From Candidatus Bathyarchaeota archaeon (GTDB taxonomy: Archaea; Thermoproteota; Bathyarchaeia; Bathyarchaeales; Bathycorpusculaceae), in contig JAOZIA010000002.1 in assembly GCA_026014585.1 (NCBI GenBank), positions 105,677-169,676 on the forward strand: a stretch of 64,000 nucleotides of DNA. Direction: 5' to 3'. Positions 9,053 to 18,582 of this stretch are shown here, piece by piece (the stretch's first letter is position 1; each line of letters begins with the position of its first letter). Both the position numbers and the translations under genes were made by a program. The notes beneath the pieces were generated by a model. The model saw nothing but the letters and a program-made list of their open reading frames with translations. It was not told where the DNA came from and made no database searches.

Positions 9053-9949
9053 CTACAAAATCTTGGGTAACTCTCCGTATTTTGCTTTATCATACGGGAC
9101 AGTGTCTTTGCGGTAAATCTCCATTGCTTTCTTTTGCCCTTCCTCAAATGTCATATTCCAATCCTGCTTTACATGAAAACGAGTGTACTCTTCTAGACTA
9201 TTGAAGCGGGGGTCACGGTTTACTTGGAAGTTCCAGAACATGCGCATAAGCATACGTTTGGGGGTTTTGATGTTGCAGTGGAAAATGTAGGGTTCATGCC
9301 ACCGCAGAATCTTATACCATGGTGGAAAACGGTGCCCCCAAATGCTGTCACCTGTAACTTGTTCCCACGAGTTGTCTTTGAGTTGCCAACGCAGTTCAGG
9401 ACTAAAAGTAAAAATGCGGGCCTCATAGATGCCAAAGGGGCAACTTTTGGGTTGACTGTTCAGGTCAACTTCCAAATTTATACGGGGCACATCAATCACG
9501 TAGTAACGGTTCTTATCCAACCTGTTTAGGCGTCCAATCCATTCCTGCAGTGCCTCTTTGCTTTTTATAACGTAGTCGCTGTCCCATTTGAAAACCCATC
9601 GATAACTTGTGCATGTTAAGCCGATGTGGCATGAAAGCGCGAAAGCGTTGGCACCTTGCCAGTAGAAGCGTATGTGTTTAATTTTGCTGTATTGTGCGGC
9701 GAGGTCTTGGATGATTTTTGTGGTGTTATCTTCTGCGCTGCTGTCTACAACGATGATTTCGTCAGCGACATCAACAATTGAGAGAAGGCTGGCTTTAATC
9801 CATTGTTCCTCATCTTTAACGGGAACAACAAAGCTTACGCCATCTTTGTGGTAGCGGGGTTTTTTGACCAGCCCAAGTTTTGGTAAAAATGAGGCAACAT
9901 TTCTGATACCTAATATCACTTTGTCTTTTGAGGTGATCGTGTCGTCCAA
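9053..9949 (-). CDS. Family-2 glycosyltransferase
   Basis: 298 aa. VSFVVPVKDEEQWIKASLLSIVDVADEIIVVDSSAEDNT is a GT-A fold N-terminus with a DxS/DxD-like motif. Confidence 0.7.
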   Translation of the reverse strand: MDDTITSKDKVILGIRNVASFLPKLGLVKKPRYHKDGVSFVVPVKDEEQWIKASLLSIVDVADEIIVVDSSAEDNTTKIIQDLAAQYSKIKHIRFYWQGANAFALSCHIGLTCTSYRWVFKWDSDYVIKSKEALQEWIGRLNRLDKNRYYVIDVPRINLEVDLNSQPKSCPFGIYEARIFTFSPELRWQLKDNSWEQVTGDSIWGHRFPPWYKILRWHEPYIFHCNIKTPKRMLMRMFWNFQVNRDPRFNSLEEYTRFHVKQDWNMTFEEGQKKAMEIYRKDTVPYDKAKYGELPKIL

Positions 9950-10129
9950 CGTTTTCCATCCAAGAGAGATTTATTATAGGATTAAGTACATTTGTGTTTA
10001 ACTTAATTTTTAACTTTACCACAAAAACAAAAAATCAACCCAAAGAAACAAGATTGAAAATTGCAAAACATATATCTCTAAACGCAATACACAATAACCC
10101 ATCAATAAGACAAGCACAGGCGAAACGAT

Positions 10130-10336
10130 TTGGGCAAAATAGAAAAAGGCATTAACTGTAACGTTTCAGGATGCGACAGTGAAGCTGCACGCTCAATATC
10201 AGCAGACAAAGTCAAGGCTGCTGGCTTAAGGGTTAGCGGCGCAGAAAAACGTGCTTACCTATGCAAAGAACACTACAAAGAATACAAAAAGAAAAGCAAA
10301 AAAGACAAGCAACTTGACAAGTGGCGCTTTGGCTAA
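10130..10336 (+). CDS. Small basic putative zinc-binding protein (hypothetical)
   Basis: 68 aa, TTG start. CNVSGC...CKEH is a possible CCCH ligand set, with a lysine-rich tail. Ends just inside the thrS upstream region. Confidence 0.35.
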   Translation: MGKIEKGINCNVSGCDSEAARSISADKVKAAGLRVSGAEKRAYLCKEHYKEYKKKSKKDKQLDKWRFG

Positions 10337-10350
10337 AGGATGAATTGCAC

Positions 10351-12249
10351 ATGAGGATTCTACAGTTACACTCAAACTCCATAGTTTTTGTTCCCGTTGA
10401 AAAAGAAATCAGCATCGCAGAGGAAGCTGAGAAAAAAGAAACCCGCGTTGAAGAAGTCGTGGTTTTATTCACCGCCGTTGAAGAAGGCGACAACACTGAA
10501 ATGGCACAGAAAGCCATCAATGACGTCCGCGCTTTTCTTGGCAAACTCAAAGTCAACAAAATCCTCATCTACCCCTTTGCACACCTAAGCAGCAAGCTTT
10601 CCCAACCAAACGAAGCCCTCAAAATCATCAAAGCAATGGAAACCTACGCTAAAGAAAAGGGTATAGAAACATATCGTGCACCGTTTGGATGGAATAAGCA
10701 ATTCACCATCTCCATTAAGGGGCACCCGTTGGCTGAGCAGGCACGCTCCTACGCACCCACACCGGCACCCCAAGCGGAAGCTGCTACGGGTGAAGCTAAA
10801 AAAGAGGAAGAACCAGTTTCCGCAGCACTCAAAGCCGAAGACACCCTAAAATCCTTCTGGCATGTTCTCCAGACTGATGGCTCGCTTGTGCCAATTGGAG
10901 AATACAAGTTCAAAGGGAAAAGTAACCTGCAAAAATTTGCGCAATACGAAATCAAAAAGGCACGCGCAGTCACAGTTATGCCGCCACATGTGCAACTCAT
11001 GAAAAGGCTGGAAATTGCGGATTATGAGCCAGGCAGCGACCCAGGCAACATCCGCTGGTACCCCAAAGGACGCCTAATAAAATCCTTGCTGGAGCAGTAT
11101 GTTTCGGCTAGGATTTCCGCGTATGGTGGCATGGAAGTAGAAACCCCATTAATGTATGACTTCAACCATCCAAGCCTATCCAGCTACCTAAACAGGTTCC
11201 CAGCGCGGCAGTACGTGCTCAAATCCGAAGATAAAGAACTCTTCTTGCGGTTTGCTGCATGCTTTGGGCAGTTCCTTATGGCTCATGATGCCCAGTTTAG
11301 TTACAAGCAGATGCCCGTTAAACTCTACGAGCTTACAAGGTACAGTTTCCGCCGAGAAAAGAGCGGTGAAGTTGTCGGGTTAAAGAGGCTTCGCGCATTC
11401 ACCATGCCTGACTGTCACGCTTTTTGCACTGACCTTGAGCAGGCAAAATCCGAGTTTATGATTCGCTTTGACCTATGCATCGATGTGCTAGACAATATTG
11501 GCTTGGTAAAGGATGATTATGAGATTGCCATGCGCTTCACCAAAGACTTCTACGCAGAACACAAAGACTTCATCACTGGCTTAGTGCAAAAGTTCGGTAA
11601 GCCCATTCTTGCCGAAGTTTGGAATGAACGTTTCTTCTACTTCGCCTTAAAATGGGACCTTAACTTTGTGGATAACCAAGACAAAGCCGCAGCTCTGAGC
11701 ACTGACCAAATCGACGTCGAAAATGCCAAACGCTACGGCATCACATACGTAGACGAAAAAGGTGAAAAACAGCACCCACTGATATTGCACTGCAGCCCAA
11801 GCGGCGCCATTGAACGAGACATCTATGCGCTACTGGAAAAAGCATACCGTGAACAAATGACAGGCAAATCCCCAATGCTTCCGTTGTGGCTCTCGCCGAC
11901 GCAGGTACGGTTGATTCCGATTTCAGACAAGTTCATGGATAAAGTAGAGCAGTTAGCCGAACAAATCTGCGCTCACAGCATTCGTGTGGACATTGACGAT
12001 TCAGCCTCGACGCTGCAGAAGAAGATTCGTGAAGCTGAGCAGGAATGGGTACCCTATATCATCGTGGTGGGCGAGAAAGAAATAGAGTCGGGCATGCTTT
12101 CAGTTCGTGACCGCGAGCAGAAGGGCAAACAGGAAAAACTGACCACAGAACAGCTAATCAGCAAAGTCACCGAGAAAATCGCGTGTAAACCTTTCAAGCC
12201 ATTACCGCTGCCGATGTATCTGTCCAAGCGTCCACAGTTTCACGGTTGA
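10351..12249 (+). CDS. thrS: Threonyl-tRNA synthetase, archaeal type with N-terminal editing domain
   Basis: N-terminus MRILQLHSNSIVFVPVEKE resembles the archaeal ThrRS editing domain. Class II core and anticodon-binding domain follow. I prefer ATG 10351 over the ORF-track start 10321. Confidence 0.9.
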   Translation: MRILQLHSNSIVFVPVEKEISIAEEAEKKETRVEEVVVLFTAVEEGDNTEMAQKAINDVRAFLGKLKVNKILIYPFAHLSSKLSQPNEALKIIKAMETYAKEKGIETYRAPFGWNKQFTISIKGHPLAEQARSYAPTPAPQAEAATGEAKKEEEPVSAALKAEDTLKSFWHVLQTDGSLVPIGEYKFKGKSNLQKFAQYEIKKARAVTVMPPHVQLMKRLEIADYEPGSDPGNIRWYPKGRLIKSLLEQYVSARISAYGGMEVETPLMYDFNHPSLSSYLNRFPARQYVLKSEDKELFLRFAACFGQFLMAHDAQFSYKQMPVKLYELTRYSFRREKSGEVVGLKRLRAFTMPDCHAFCTDLEQAKSEFMIRFDLCIDVLDNIGLVKDDYEIAMRFTKDFYAEHKDFITGLVQKFGKPILAEVWNERFFYFALKWDLNFVDNQDKAAALSTDQIDVENAKRYGITYVDEKGEKQHPLILHCSPSGAIERDIYALLEKAYREQMTGKSPMLPLWLSPTQVRLIPISDKFMDKVEQLAEQICAHSIRVDIDDSASTLQKKIREAEQEWVPYIIVVGEKEIESGMLSVRDREQKGKQEKLTTEQLISKVTEKIACKPFKPLPLPMYLSKRPQFHG

Positions 12250-12332
12250 CAAATGAAATATATGGTTCATTGAGGCAATCCTTATCAAATAATCGAACAA
12301 TATTGAAGCAGTTATCGTGAAGTGAAAGACAA

Positions 12333-13217
12333 ATGAGCAATGAACTACAAGTTTACATAGACGGCAAATACTATCCCAAAAGTGAAGCAAAAATTTCCGT
12401 CTATGACCATGGTTTTCTCTATGGAGATGGCGTGTTTGAAGGCATCCGAGCATACAAAGGCGTAGTCTTCAAGCTTAAAGAGCACATTGACCGCCTCTAC
12501 CGCTCCGCACATGCAATCACACTCAAAATCCCAATAACCAAAGAAGAAATGAACCAAGCCATAATTGAAACTCTGCGAAAAAACAACATGAAAGACTCCT
12601 ACATCCGCCTAATTGCAACACGAGGAATAGGCGATTTAGGACTTGACCCCCGAAAATGCCCTCAAGCATCCATCATAATCATTGCTGACACCATTAACAT
12701 CCGCTCAGGCAACGCTATAGAAGCAGGAATCACCACCATGTTCAGTTGGGTTAGAAGAAACCCGGTGGATGCAACCACGCATGAAATCAAATCCCTCAAC
12801 TACCTAAACAGTGTTATGGGAAAAATTGAAGCCAATGCTGCAGGAGTTGACGAAGCTATCTGCTTAGAAAGCAACGGTTACATCGCTGAGGGCGTAGGCG
12901 AAAACGTGTTCATCGTCACCAACGGCGAAGTCATGACTCCACCATCCTCAACAGGCGCACTCGCTGGAATCACTGCTGAAGTCGTCACGCAACTATGCCA
13001 AAAATTGGGCATAAAACTGACAATAACCAACCTGACGCCATTTATGATATTCACTGCTGACGAAGCATTCTTCACAGGAACCGCCATGGAAGTTATCCCA
13101 ATCCGCGAAGTCAACAAACGCCCAGTCGGCGAAGGCAAACCGGGACCAGTTACCAAACGGTTGATGGCGGAGTTCCAAAAAGTCATAGCTGACCCAGCCA
13201 ACGGCACAGAAATCTAA
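12333..13217 (+). CDS. ilvE: Branched-chain amino acid aminotransferase (fold type IV)
   Basis: 294 aa. GFLYGDGVFEGIRAY, the KSLNYLN lysine region and EGVGENVF motifs. Confidence 0.85.
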   Translation: MSNELQVYIDGKYYPKSEAKISVYDHGFLYGDGVFEGIRAYKGVVFKLKEHIDRLYRSAHAITLKIPITKEEMNQAIIETLRKNNMKDSYIRLIATRGIGDLGLDPRKCPQASIIIIADTINIRSGNAIEAGITTMFSWVRRNPVDATTHEIKSLNYLNSVMGKIEANAAGVDEAICLESNGYIAEGVGENVFIVTNGEVMTPPSSTGALAGITAEVVTQLCQKLGIKLTITNLTPFMIFTADEAFFTGTAMEVIPIREVNKRPVGEGKPGPVTKRLMAEFQKVIADPANGTEI

Positions 13218-13336
13218 CTAAAAGATTGTTTGTAAATTTAGTAGGTGGCTACAAAATATAGAAGTCGGCAAGGGCATACTTTGCCGCTCTCTTCCTTTCT
13301 GTTGTATTGTTTTAAGGAGGTGGCGATAGTTTAACT

Positions 13337-13524
13337 GGGAGGTCTTCAGCTGGTTCTACCCTCAAGGGAATCTAAAAGTTAGCGTGCAGGTGCCTAAATT
13401 ATGTTGCTACAGGTAGAACCAACCTTAGACCGAAAAAAGTTTTTTGAGTATGCCTTCACCTTTCTTTCTCCAGAGAACCTTTTGTGCGGTGAAAACTAAT
13501 TAGACTTGTCTAGGTAGAATATGA
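13337..13524. repeat. Intergenic ~190-bp module A (paralog of 13727-13917) with internal long hairpin
   Basis: Aligns end to end with module B. Arms TGGTTCTACC (13351-13360) and GGTAGAACCA (13412-13421). Shared right end GAAAACTAATTAG...TAGAATAT. Confidence 0.7.
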
Positions 13525-13726
13525 ACCCCCTGTAGAACTACAGTGTTACGGTAAAATCTAATTTTTTTGACTTACCTATTTTTTAACGTGATAAAAAGAA
13601 AGATTGGAACCCTTCAAAGGGGCTTATTTAACTGAAATGGGCAGTTTTGAGATTACAATAGCACAAAAACCCTGATACTACGTATAACCTGTATTTTAAA
13701 CTCAACAGTGACCTGTACATCCACCA

Positions 13727-13917
13727 AGGGGTCTGGCAGTTGGTCCTAGCATTCAAGGAGTAAAAACACGGATTTAGACAGGGGGCCGCCTAAAACAAAG
13801 CTACTACGGATAGGACCAACCTCAGACCAAAAAAGCTTCGAATGTGTTCTCACGTCTGTCTCTCCAAAACCTTTCAGTGACGAAAACTAATTAGCATATC
13901 TTATATAGAATATAAAA
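13727..13917. repeat. Intergenic ~190-bp module B (paralog of 13337-13524)
   Basis: Arms GTTGGTCCTA (13739-13748) and TAGGACCAAC (13811-13820). One arm change relative to module A is compensated on the other arm. Confidence 0.7.
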
Positions 13918-13952
13918 AAACTATAGAGCCTAAAGGGAATTAGAAGAAAAAT

Positions 13953-15188
13953 TTAGCCCTTGCCCACGTGCTCTGGCACCGACTTTTGGGGTTTCTTTTT
14001 CATAAACTGCTCCAACGCATTGTAGGCTTCCTCAAGCACATCAATAGGCGGCAAAAACACTATTCTTGCATGCCCATTACCATAGATTGGGTCAAACCCT
14101 GAACCGTTCACAATAAGCACGCCTGTTTCCTTAAGCAGTTCCGCAACGAAATCCATGTCTGTTTTCCATCTTGTGCCGACCTCATGGATTTTAGGGAAAA
14201 TGTAAAACGCTCCCTCGGGTTTGCTGGTGCTTATGCCCTCAATTTCGTTTAGCCGTTTATATGAGAAGTCTCGGCGTTGACGTAACCTGTCCACGATGTC
14301 TTTGACAAAATCTTGCGGACCATTGAGTGCAGCGGTTGCGGCGATTTGCACGGGTGTATTGGCACATATTCGACTCCTGCATTGTTTTTCTACACCGTCC
14401 TTGAGCTGTTCAAGCTGTTTTCCCTCACCTTTAAAGTACATGTAGCCCAATCGCCAACCCGTCATCTGGTAAACTTTGCTAAACCCGTTCAAACCAACCA
14501 CGGGCACATCTTTAGAAATGTTTGCGGCACTGGCGAACTCGCCCTCATAGGTTAACTGGTCATAAATTTCGTCACTAAACACTGGCAAGTTATGCTCACC
14601 TGCGAGGTCTATTATTTCTTTAAGTGTTTTTTTGTCATAGACTGCGCCTGTAGGGTTGTTTGGGTTTATGATTACGATGGCGCGTGTTTTGGGAGTGATT
14701 TTTTTGCGTAAATCATCAATGTTTGGGTGCCAGTTTTCCGCTTCGATGGTTTCGTATGAAATGGGTGTTCCGTCAAAGAATTGCGTATAGGAAATATAGG
14801 GTGGATATGTTGGTCCTGGAACGAGTATTTCGTCACCCTTCTCCACAATCGCGCCCAAAAGCATCTGGATACCTTCAGATATGCCATCGGTAACCAGCAC
14901 GTCATCAGCTGTTATGTCAACGTTATTGATTTTTTTCTCCTTATGTGCGACTGCTTGCCTTAGCTCGGGCATGCCCTCGGAGGGAGAGTAGAAATTGTCC
15001 TCGTTGGCTATGGCGTTGCATGCGGCTTCTTTAAAGCTGGCAGGTGTCTTGAAATCGAATGCGGCGGGGTCGCCGATGTTTAGGTAATAAATTTTTTTCC
15101 CATCTTTAATGAGTTGTTTAGTGTAAACCATAACGTCACGTATGGCATACTCAATGTTTTTTGCGCGGTTAGTGACTTTGATTGCCAA
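13953..15188 (-). CDS. Class I/II PLP aminotransferase (aspartate/alanine aminotransferase-like)
   Basis: 411 aa. NPNNPTGAVY and GFSKVYQMTGWRLGY (PLP-lysine motif). Confidence 0.85.
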   Translation of the reverse strand: MAIKVTNRAKNIEYAIRDVMVYTKQLIKDGKKIYYLNIGDPAAFDFKTPASFKEAACNAIANEDNFYSPSEGMPELRQAVAHKEKKINNVDITADDVLVTDGISEGIQMLLGAIVEKGDEILVPGPTYPPYISYTQFFDGTPISYETIEAENWHPNIDDLRKKITPKTRAIVIINPNNPTGAVYDKKTLKEIIDLAGEHNLPVFSDEIYDQLTYEGEFASAANISKDVPVVGLNGFSKVYQMTGWRLGYMYFKGEGKQLEQLKDGVEKQCRSRICANTPVQIAATAALNGPQDFVKDIVDRLRQRRDFSYKRLNEIEGISTSKPEGAFYIFPKIHEVGTRWKTDMDFVAELLKETGVLIVNGSGFDPIYGNGHARIVFLPPIDVLEEAYNALEQFMKKKPQKSVPEHVGKG

Positions 15189-15301
15189 GTAGGGTTACCT
15201 GTAACCCGAACCTTAGAACAACCAAAAAAATAAAGCTTACCCACTACAGCACGTATAGTTAAGCGATTAAACCGAAAAAAAATGAAAAAAGAAAACAGGA
15301 C

Positions 15302-16744
15302 CTAATAGGACCTTGCGAAAAACACGTTTTCCTCTGCCTTTCTTCCACAATAAACACAGCCGCACGAGGGAACTTCTTTCTGGAATGGACGGACTCGGAT
15401 GGTTGCACCAGTTTCCTCTTTAACCTTAGCTTCACACTCTGCGCTGCCGCACCATGCTGCTTTGACAAAGCCACCTTTGGAGACAATCACGTTTTTGAGT
15501 TCATCATAGGTTTGCACGGATGTGGTTAAATCCTGCATGACTTGGCGGGCTTTGGTTAGCATGTCAGCTTGAATATTGGTCATTAACTGGTCAATGGTTG
15601 CGGGGATGTCGGCGTCTTTAACGAAGAGTTTTTGCTTGTTATCGCGCCTTACCATTACAACTTGCCCATTTTTGACGTCTCGGGGACCAACTTCGATGCG
15701 TACTGGGACGCCTTTGAGTTCCCACTGGTTAAACTTCCAGCCAGGCGTGTACTCGTTACGGTCATCCAAAACCACACTGTAGCCTTTGGCTTGCAGGATT
15801 GTCTGGATTTCTTTGGTTTTAGCAGCGATTGCGTCGGCTTCTTGACCCTTGAATGGAATAGGCACAATAACAACATGAACAGGTGCAACTTTTGGCGGCA
15901 AAACCAAGCCTTTGTCGTCGCCATGAATCATCGTGAGTGCACCGATGGTGCGTGTGGTGATGCCCCAGCTGGTCTGCCAAACAAGATGGTCTTGCTTGTC
16001 CTCGCCGATGTATTTTATGTCAAACATTTTTGCGAAGTGCTGCCCCAGATTGTGGCTGGTTCCCATTTGAAGTGCTTTTCCGTCTGGCATCATGGCTTCC
16101 AGTGCGGTGGTGTATTCTGCGCCTGGGAATTTTTCGCTCTCCGTTTTTATGCCTATGATTACTGGGATTGCAAGATAGTTCTCCATTATGCCCTGATACA
16201 TGTGCAGGGCATACATGACCTCTTCTTCGGCTTCTTCTTTGGTGGCATGTGCGGTGTGGCCTTCCTGCCACAAAAACTCGCGGGTACGCAAAAACAACTT
16301 CGTCGCTTTAGTTTCCCAGCGGACAATGTTGCACCATTGATTGATTTTCAGCGGCAAATCCCGCCAACTCCGAATCCACTTGCCAAATGTGGAGTACATG
16401 ATGGTTTCGCTGGTGGGACGCACTGCGAGTTTTTCCTCTAAGGGAGTTTCTCCGCCCTGTGTAATCCATGCAACTTCGGGGGTGAATCCTGCGAAGTGTT
16501 CGGCTTCTTTTTTAAGAAAGCCTTCGGGTATGAACATTGGGAAGTACACGTTTTTGTGTCCTGTGGCTTTGATTTTTTTGTTGAGGATTTCTTGGATTTT
16601 TTCCCACATGGCGATGGCGTCTTCGCGGATAATCATGCAGCCCTTCACAGGCGCATAATCAGCAAGCCCTGCCTTTAGGATGACTTCAACGTACCATTCG
16701 CTAAAATTCTCGCTTTTCTTAACGGTAACCCCAATATCAGACAT
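15302..16744 (-). CDS. proS: Prolyl-tRNA synthetase, archaeal/eukaryotic type
   Basis: 480 aa. Class II motifs (FRxE-like REFLWQEGHT, GTSHNLG) and a C-terminal zinc-binding domain with CGSAECE...CVYCG. Confidence 0.9.
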   Translation of the reverse strand: MSDIGVTVKKSENFSEWYVEVILKAGLADYAPVKGCMIIREDAIAMWEKIQEILNKKIKATGHKNVYFPMFIPEGFLKKEAEHFAGFTPEVAWITQGGETPLEEKLAVRPTSETIMYSTFGKWIRSWRDLPLKINQWCNIVRWETKATKLFLRTREFLWQEGHTAHATKEEAEEEVMYALHMYQGIMENYLAIPVIIGIKTESEKFPGAEYTTALEAMMPDGKALQMGTSHNLGQHFAKMFDIKYIGEDKQDHLVWQTSWGITTRTIGALTMIHGDDKGLVLPPKVAPVHVVIVPIPFKGQEADAIAAKTKEIQTILQAKGYSVVLDDRNEYTPGWKFNQWELKGVPVRIEVGPRDVKNGQVVMVRRDNKQKLFVKDADIPATIDQLMTNIQADMLTKARQVMQDLTTSVQTYDELKNVIVSKGGFVKAAWCGSAECEAKVKEETGATIRVRPFQKEVPSCGCVYCGRKAEENVFFARSY

Positions 16745-16829
16745 AACGATTCCCTTTGCCTTGTCTTATGTGGGTTGTGTATAAAACCATAACGGGCACT
16801 TTTAAGAAAAAAAGGTACATTACAAAAAT

Positions 16830-18176
16830 TTAGAAGCCTGCAGCTATTGGGTTTTCTGGTTTAATGATTTCCCGTAAAAGCACCGTTGCATAGCAGCCCC
16901 GATGTAGCGTGAAACTCAAAGTGGCTTTTTCCTCTGAAACCTCGGCTTTGAAGTCCTTCACAGGTGTTAATGCTGCCCTTACGCCGCCTTTGCCACCCAA
17001 GTAAGAGAACTCGTTAACCGCCCGCACCTTGACGCCTTCCTCGTCGAGCACGCGCTGCTCAATTTCCCCCATCACGCCACCCGACAGTTTGCCTTTGGCA
17101 CCAAACATGGGCAACGCCACACGCATCCGCCCCGCTGCCATTGCCTCATTGACTTTTGATAATCGCGCCTCTGTTGCAATTTCCGCCGTGTTCGCCATTG
17201 GCAGCCCGTTGCGTTCAACTCCAACAACAAAATCCCCCAGCAACGCCTCATTGAGGGGCAAGTCTGCTTTGATGCGTTCGCTAAGGAAACGGTTAAACAA
17301 AAACGACTGCTGCGCCTGAACAAACAGCGAAAGCAACTTTTGGGGTAACCTGCGGAATGCACCTGCAAAATCTGTTGGATTTTCGGATAGGTGCATTAGC
17401 ATGTAGCGTTCATAACGAAGTGGCACGGGGAATTCTTGGAGGGCAGCTTTGAAGTCACGGGTTTCTTGCAGGTTAGTGCGTGCCTGCCTTGACGTTTCGC
17501 GCTCATACTTGCTGGGTTGAGCCAGAAAAGCCATCGCTGCGCCTTCGTAGTCGTCTTGGATTAGGTGTTTGCCAACAACATGGGTGATTGGGCGTGCAGT
17601 GCCGAAGCGTTGGTGCCCATAAAAGTTGGGTATGCCGCCTGCCGCATTGATTTGCTGCATGGTTTGACTGATTTGTGCTTCTATGGTTTCTTTGGGGACT
17701 TGTAGTTCGGTGATGTTTATGGTGAAGCTGTTTCCCAGTAGGTAATATGCTGTGAGGGCTTCACGGATATAGCCGATGGGAGTTAATTTGATGTCTTTAA
17801 TGTCAACTTTGGCTGCTTCTTCTGCGGACACGTTCTCAAGCGTTAAATGCTGAGCAGTTACGGCTTTAGCATCTTTGATTCCCGCAGCCTGCACACGCAC
17901 AGTCTCAACCCCCAACGCTTTTGCAAGGTTTTTCACTGCAAGTAACGTGTCCCAGTCCCGCTTCACCAAGCTGCAAAGCAAAAACCTCTGCCGGTTCTGC
18001 GAGGAACACAAGGCGCGGCTGGGAACCGTGCCATCAATTTGGGCTTTTGTGCCGTCCACAAGAACTTCTTGCACGACAAAATCGTCAATGCTTTTTCGGA
18101 TTGCGCCGCCAGTACCCTCGGTGGTTGAAGCATAAATTTCCATTCCAAGAATTTTGTCGATTTCTGGAGCCTGCAA
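16830..18176 (-). CDS. truD: tRNA pseudouridine synthase TruD/Pus7 family
   Basis: 448 aa. N-terminal GTGGAIRKSIDDFVVQEV, catalytic AAGIKDAKAVT (GxKD) and NFYGHQRFG motifs. Confidence 0.85.
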   Translation of the reverse strand: MQAPEIDKILGMEIYASTTEGTGGAIRKSIDDFVVQEVLVDGTKAQIDGTVPSRALCSSQNRQRFLLCSLVKRDWDTLLAVKNLAKALGVETVRVQAAGIKDAKAVTAQHLTLENVSAEEAAKVDIKDIKLTPIGYIREALTAYYLLGNSFTINITELQVPKETIEAQISQTMQQINAAGGIPNFYGHQRFGTARPITHVVGKHLIQDDYEGAAMAFLAQPSKYERETSRQARTNLQETRDFKAALQEFPVPLRYERYMLMHLSENPTDFAGAFRRLPQKLLSLFVQAQQSFLFNRFLSERIKADLPLNEALLGDFVVGVERNGLPMANTAEIATEARLSKVNEAMAAGRMRVALPMFGAKGKLSGGVMGEIEQRVLDEEGVKVRAVNEFSYLGGKGGVRAALTPVKDFKAEVSEEKATLSFTLHRGCYATVLLREIIKPENPIAAGF

Positions 18177-18185
18177 GGCATTCGC

Positions 18186-18548
18186 CTATAGAAGTGGAAG
18201 CTTCCCAGTTAAACGGTCAATTTTATCAGATGGGGCTGGACCAATCCCAAGACAGGTCACTGTACCCTCTGGAATCTCGGTCAATCCACGGTCAATAATT
18301 AGGGCATGTGGCAAACCTAAATCATCTGCGGCTTCTTCCAATTCGCTGAGTTCTTTTTCGCTGGGAACCTTCACCGCAATTTTTCGTTGCCCCTCGTAGA
18401 GCCACTCTTCCCACCACTTCTTATGATGCACATAAGCGTCCTGCGCGCTGGAAACAGCTGCGTGTCCTGCCTGAGCCGCGATTTTGCCTTTACTCATTTG
18501 TAGGTCTTTGCGGAACACCAGCACCTGCTTGTAGTCAAATTCGCTCAT
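18186..18548 (-). CDS. pth2: Peptidyl-tRNA hydrolase, archaeal Pth2 type
   Basis: 120 aa. KMSKGKIAAQAGHAAV and GLPHALIIDRGLTEIPEGTVT signatures. Confidence 0.85.
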   Translation of the reverse strand: MSEFDYKQVLVFRKDLQMSKGKIAAQAGHAAVSSAQDAYVHHKKWWEEWLYEGQRKIAVKVPSEKELSELEEAADDLGLPHALIIDRGLTEIPEGTVTCLGIGPAPSDKIDRLTGKLPLL

Positions 18549-18582
18549 TGTTCTTCCCGACGATAATTTGGTGTGGAAGATT

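Noticed and set aside
13921-13946. CTATAGAGCCTAAAGGGAATTAGAAG as a further copy of the interspersed repeat core
   Set aside because: Only short stretches match (CTAT, GAGCCTA, ATTAGAA), with an insertion and no TGCAGAAACC half. This is too weak to call.
15632-16441. 269-aa plus-strand ORF
   Set aside because: It lies entirely antisense to the well-supported proS gene. Its composition is low-complexity and Phe/Cys/His-rich with no motif. It is a typical shadow ORF.
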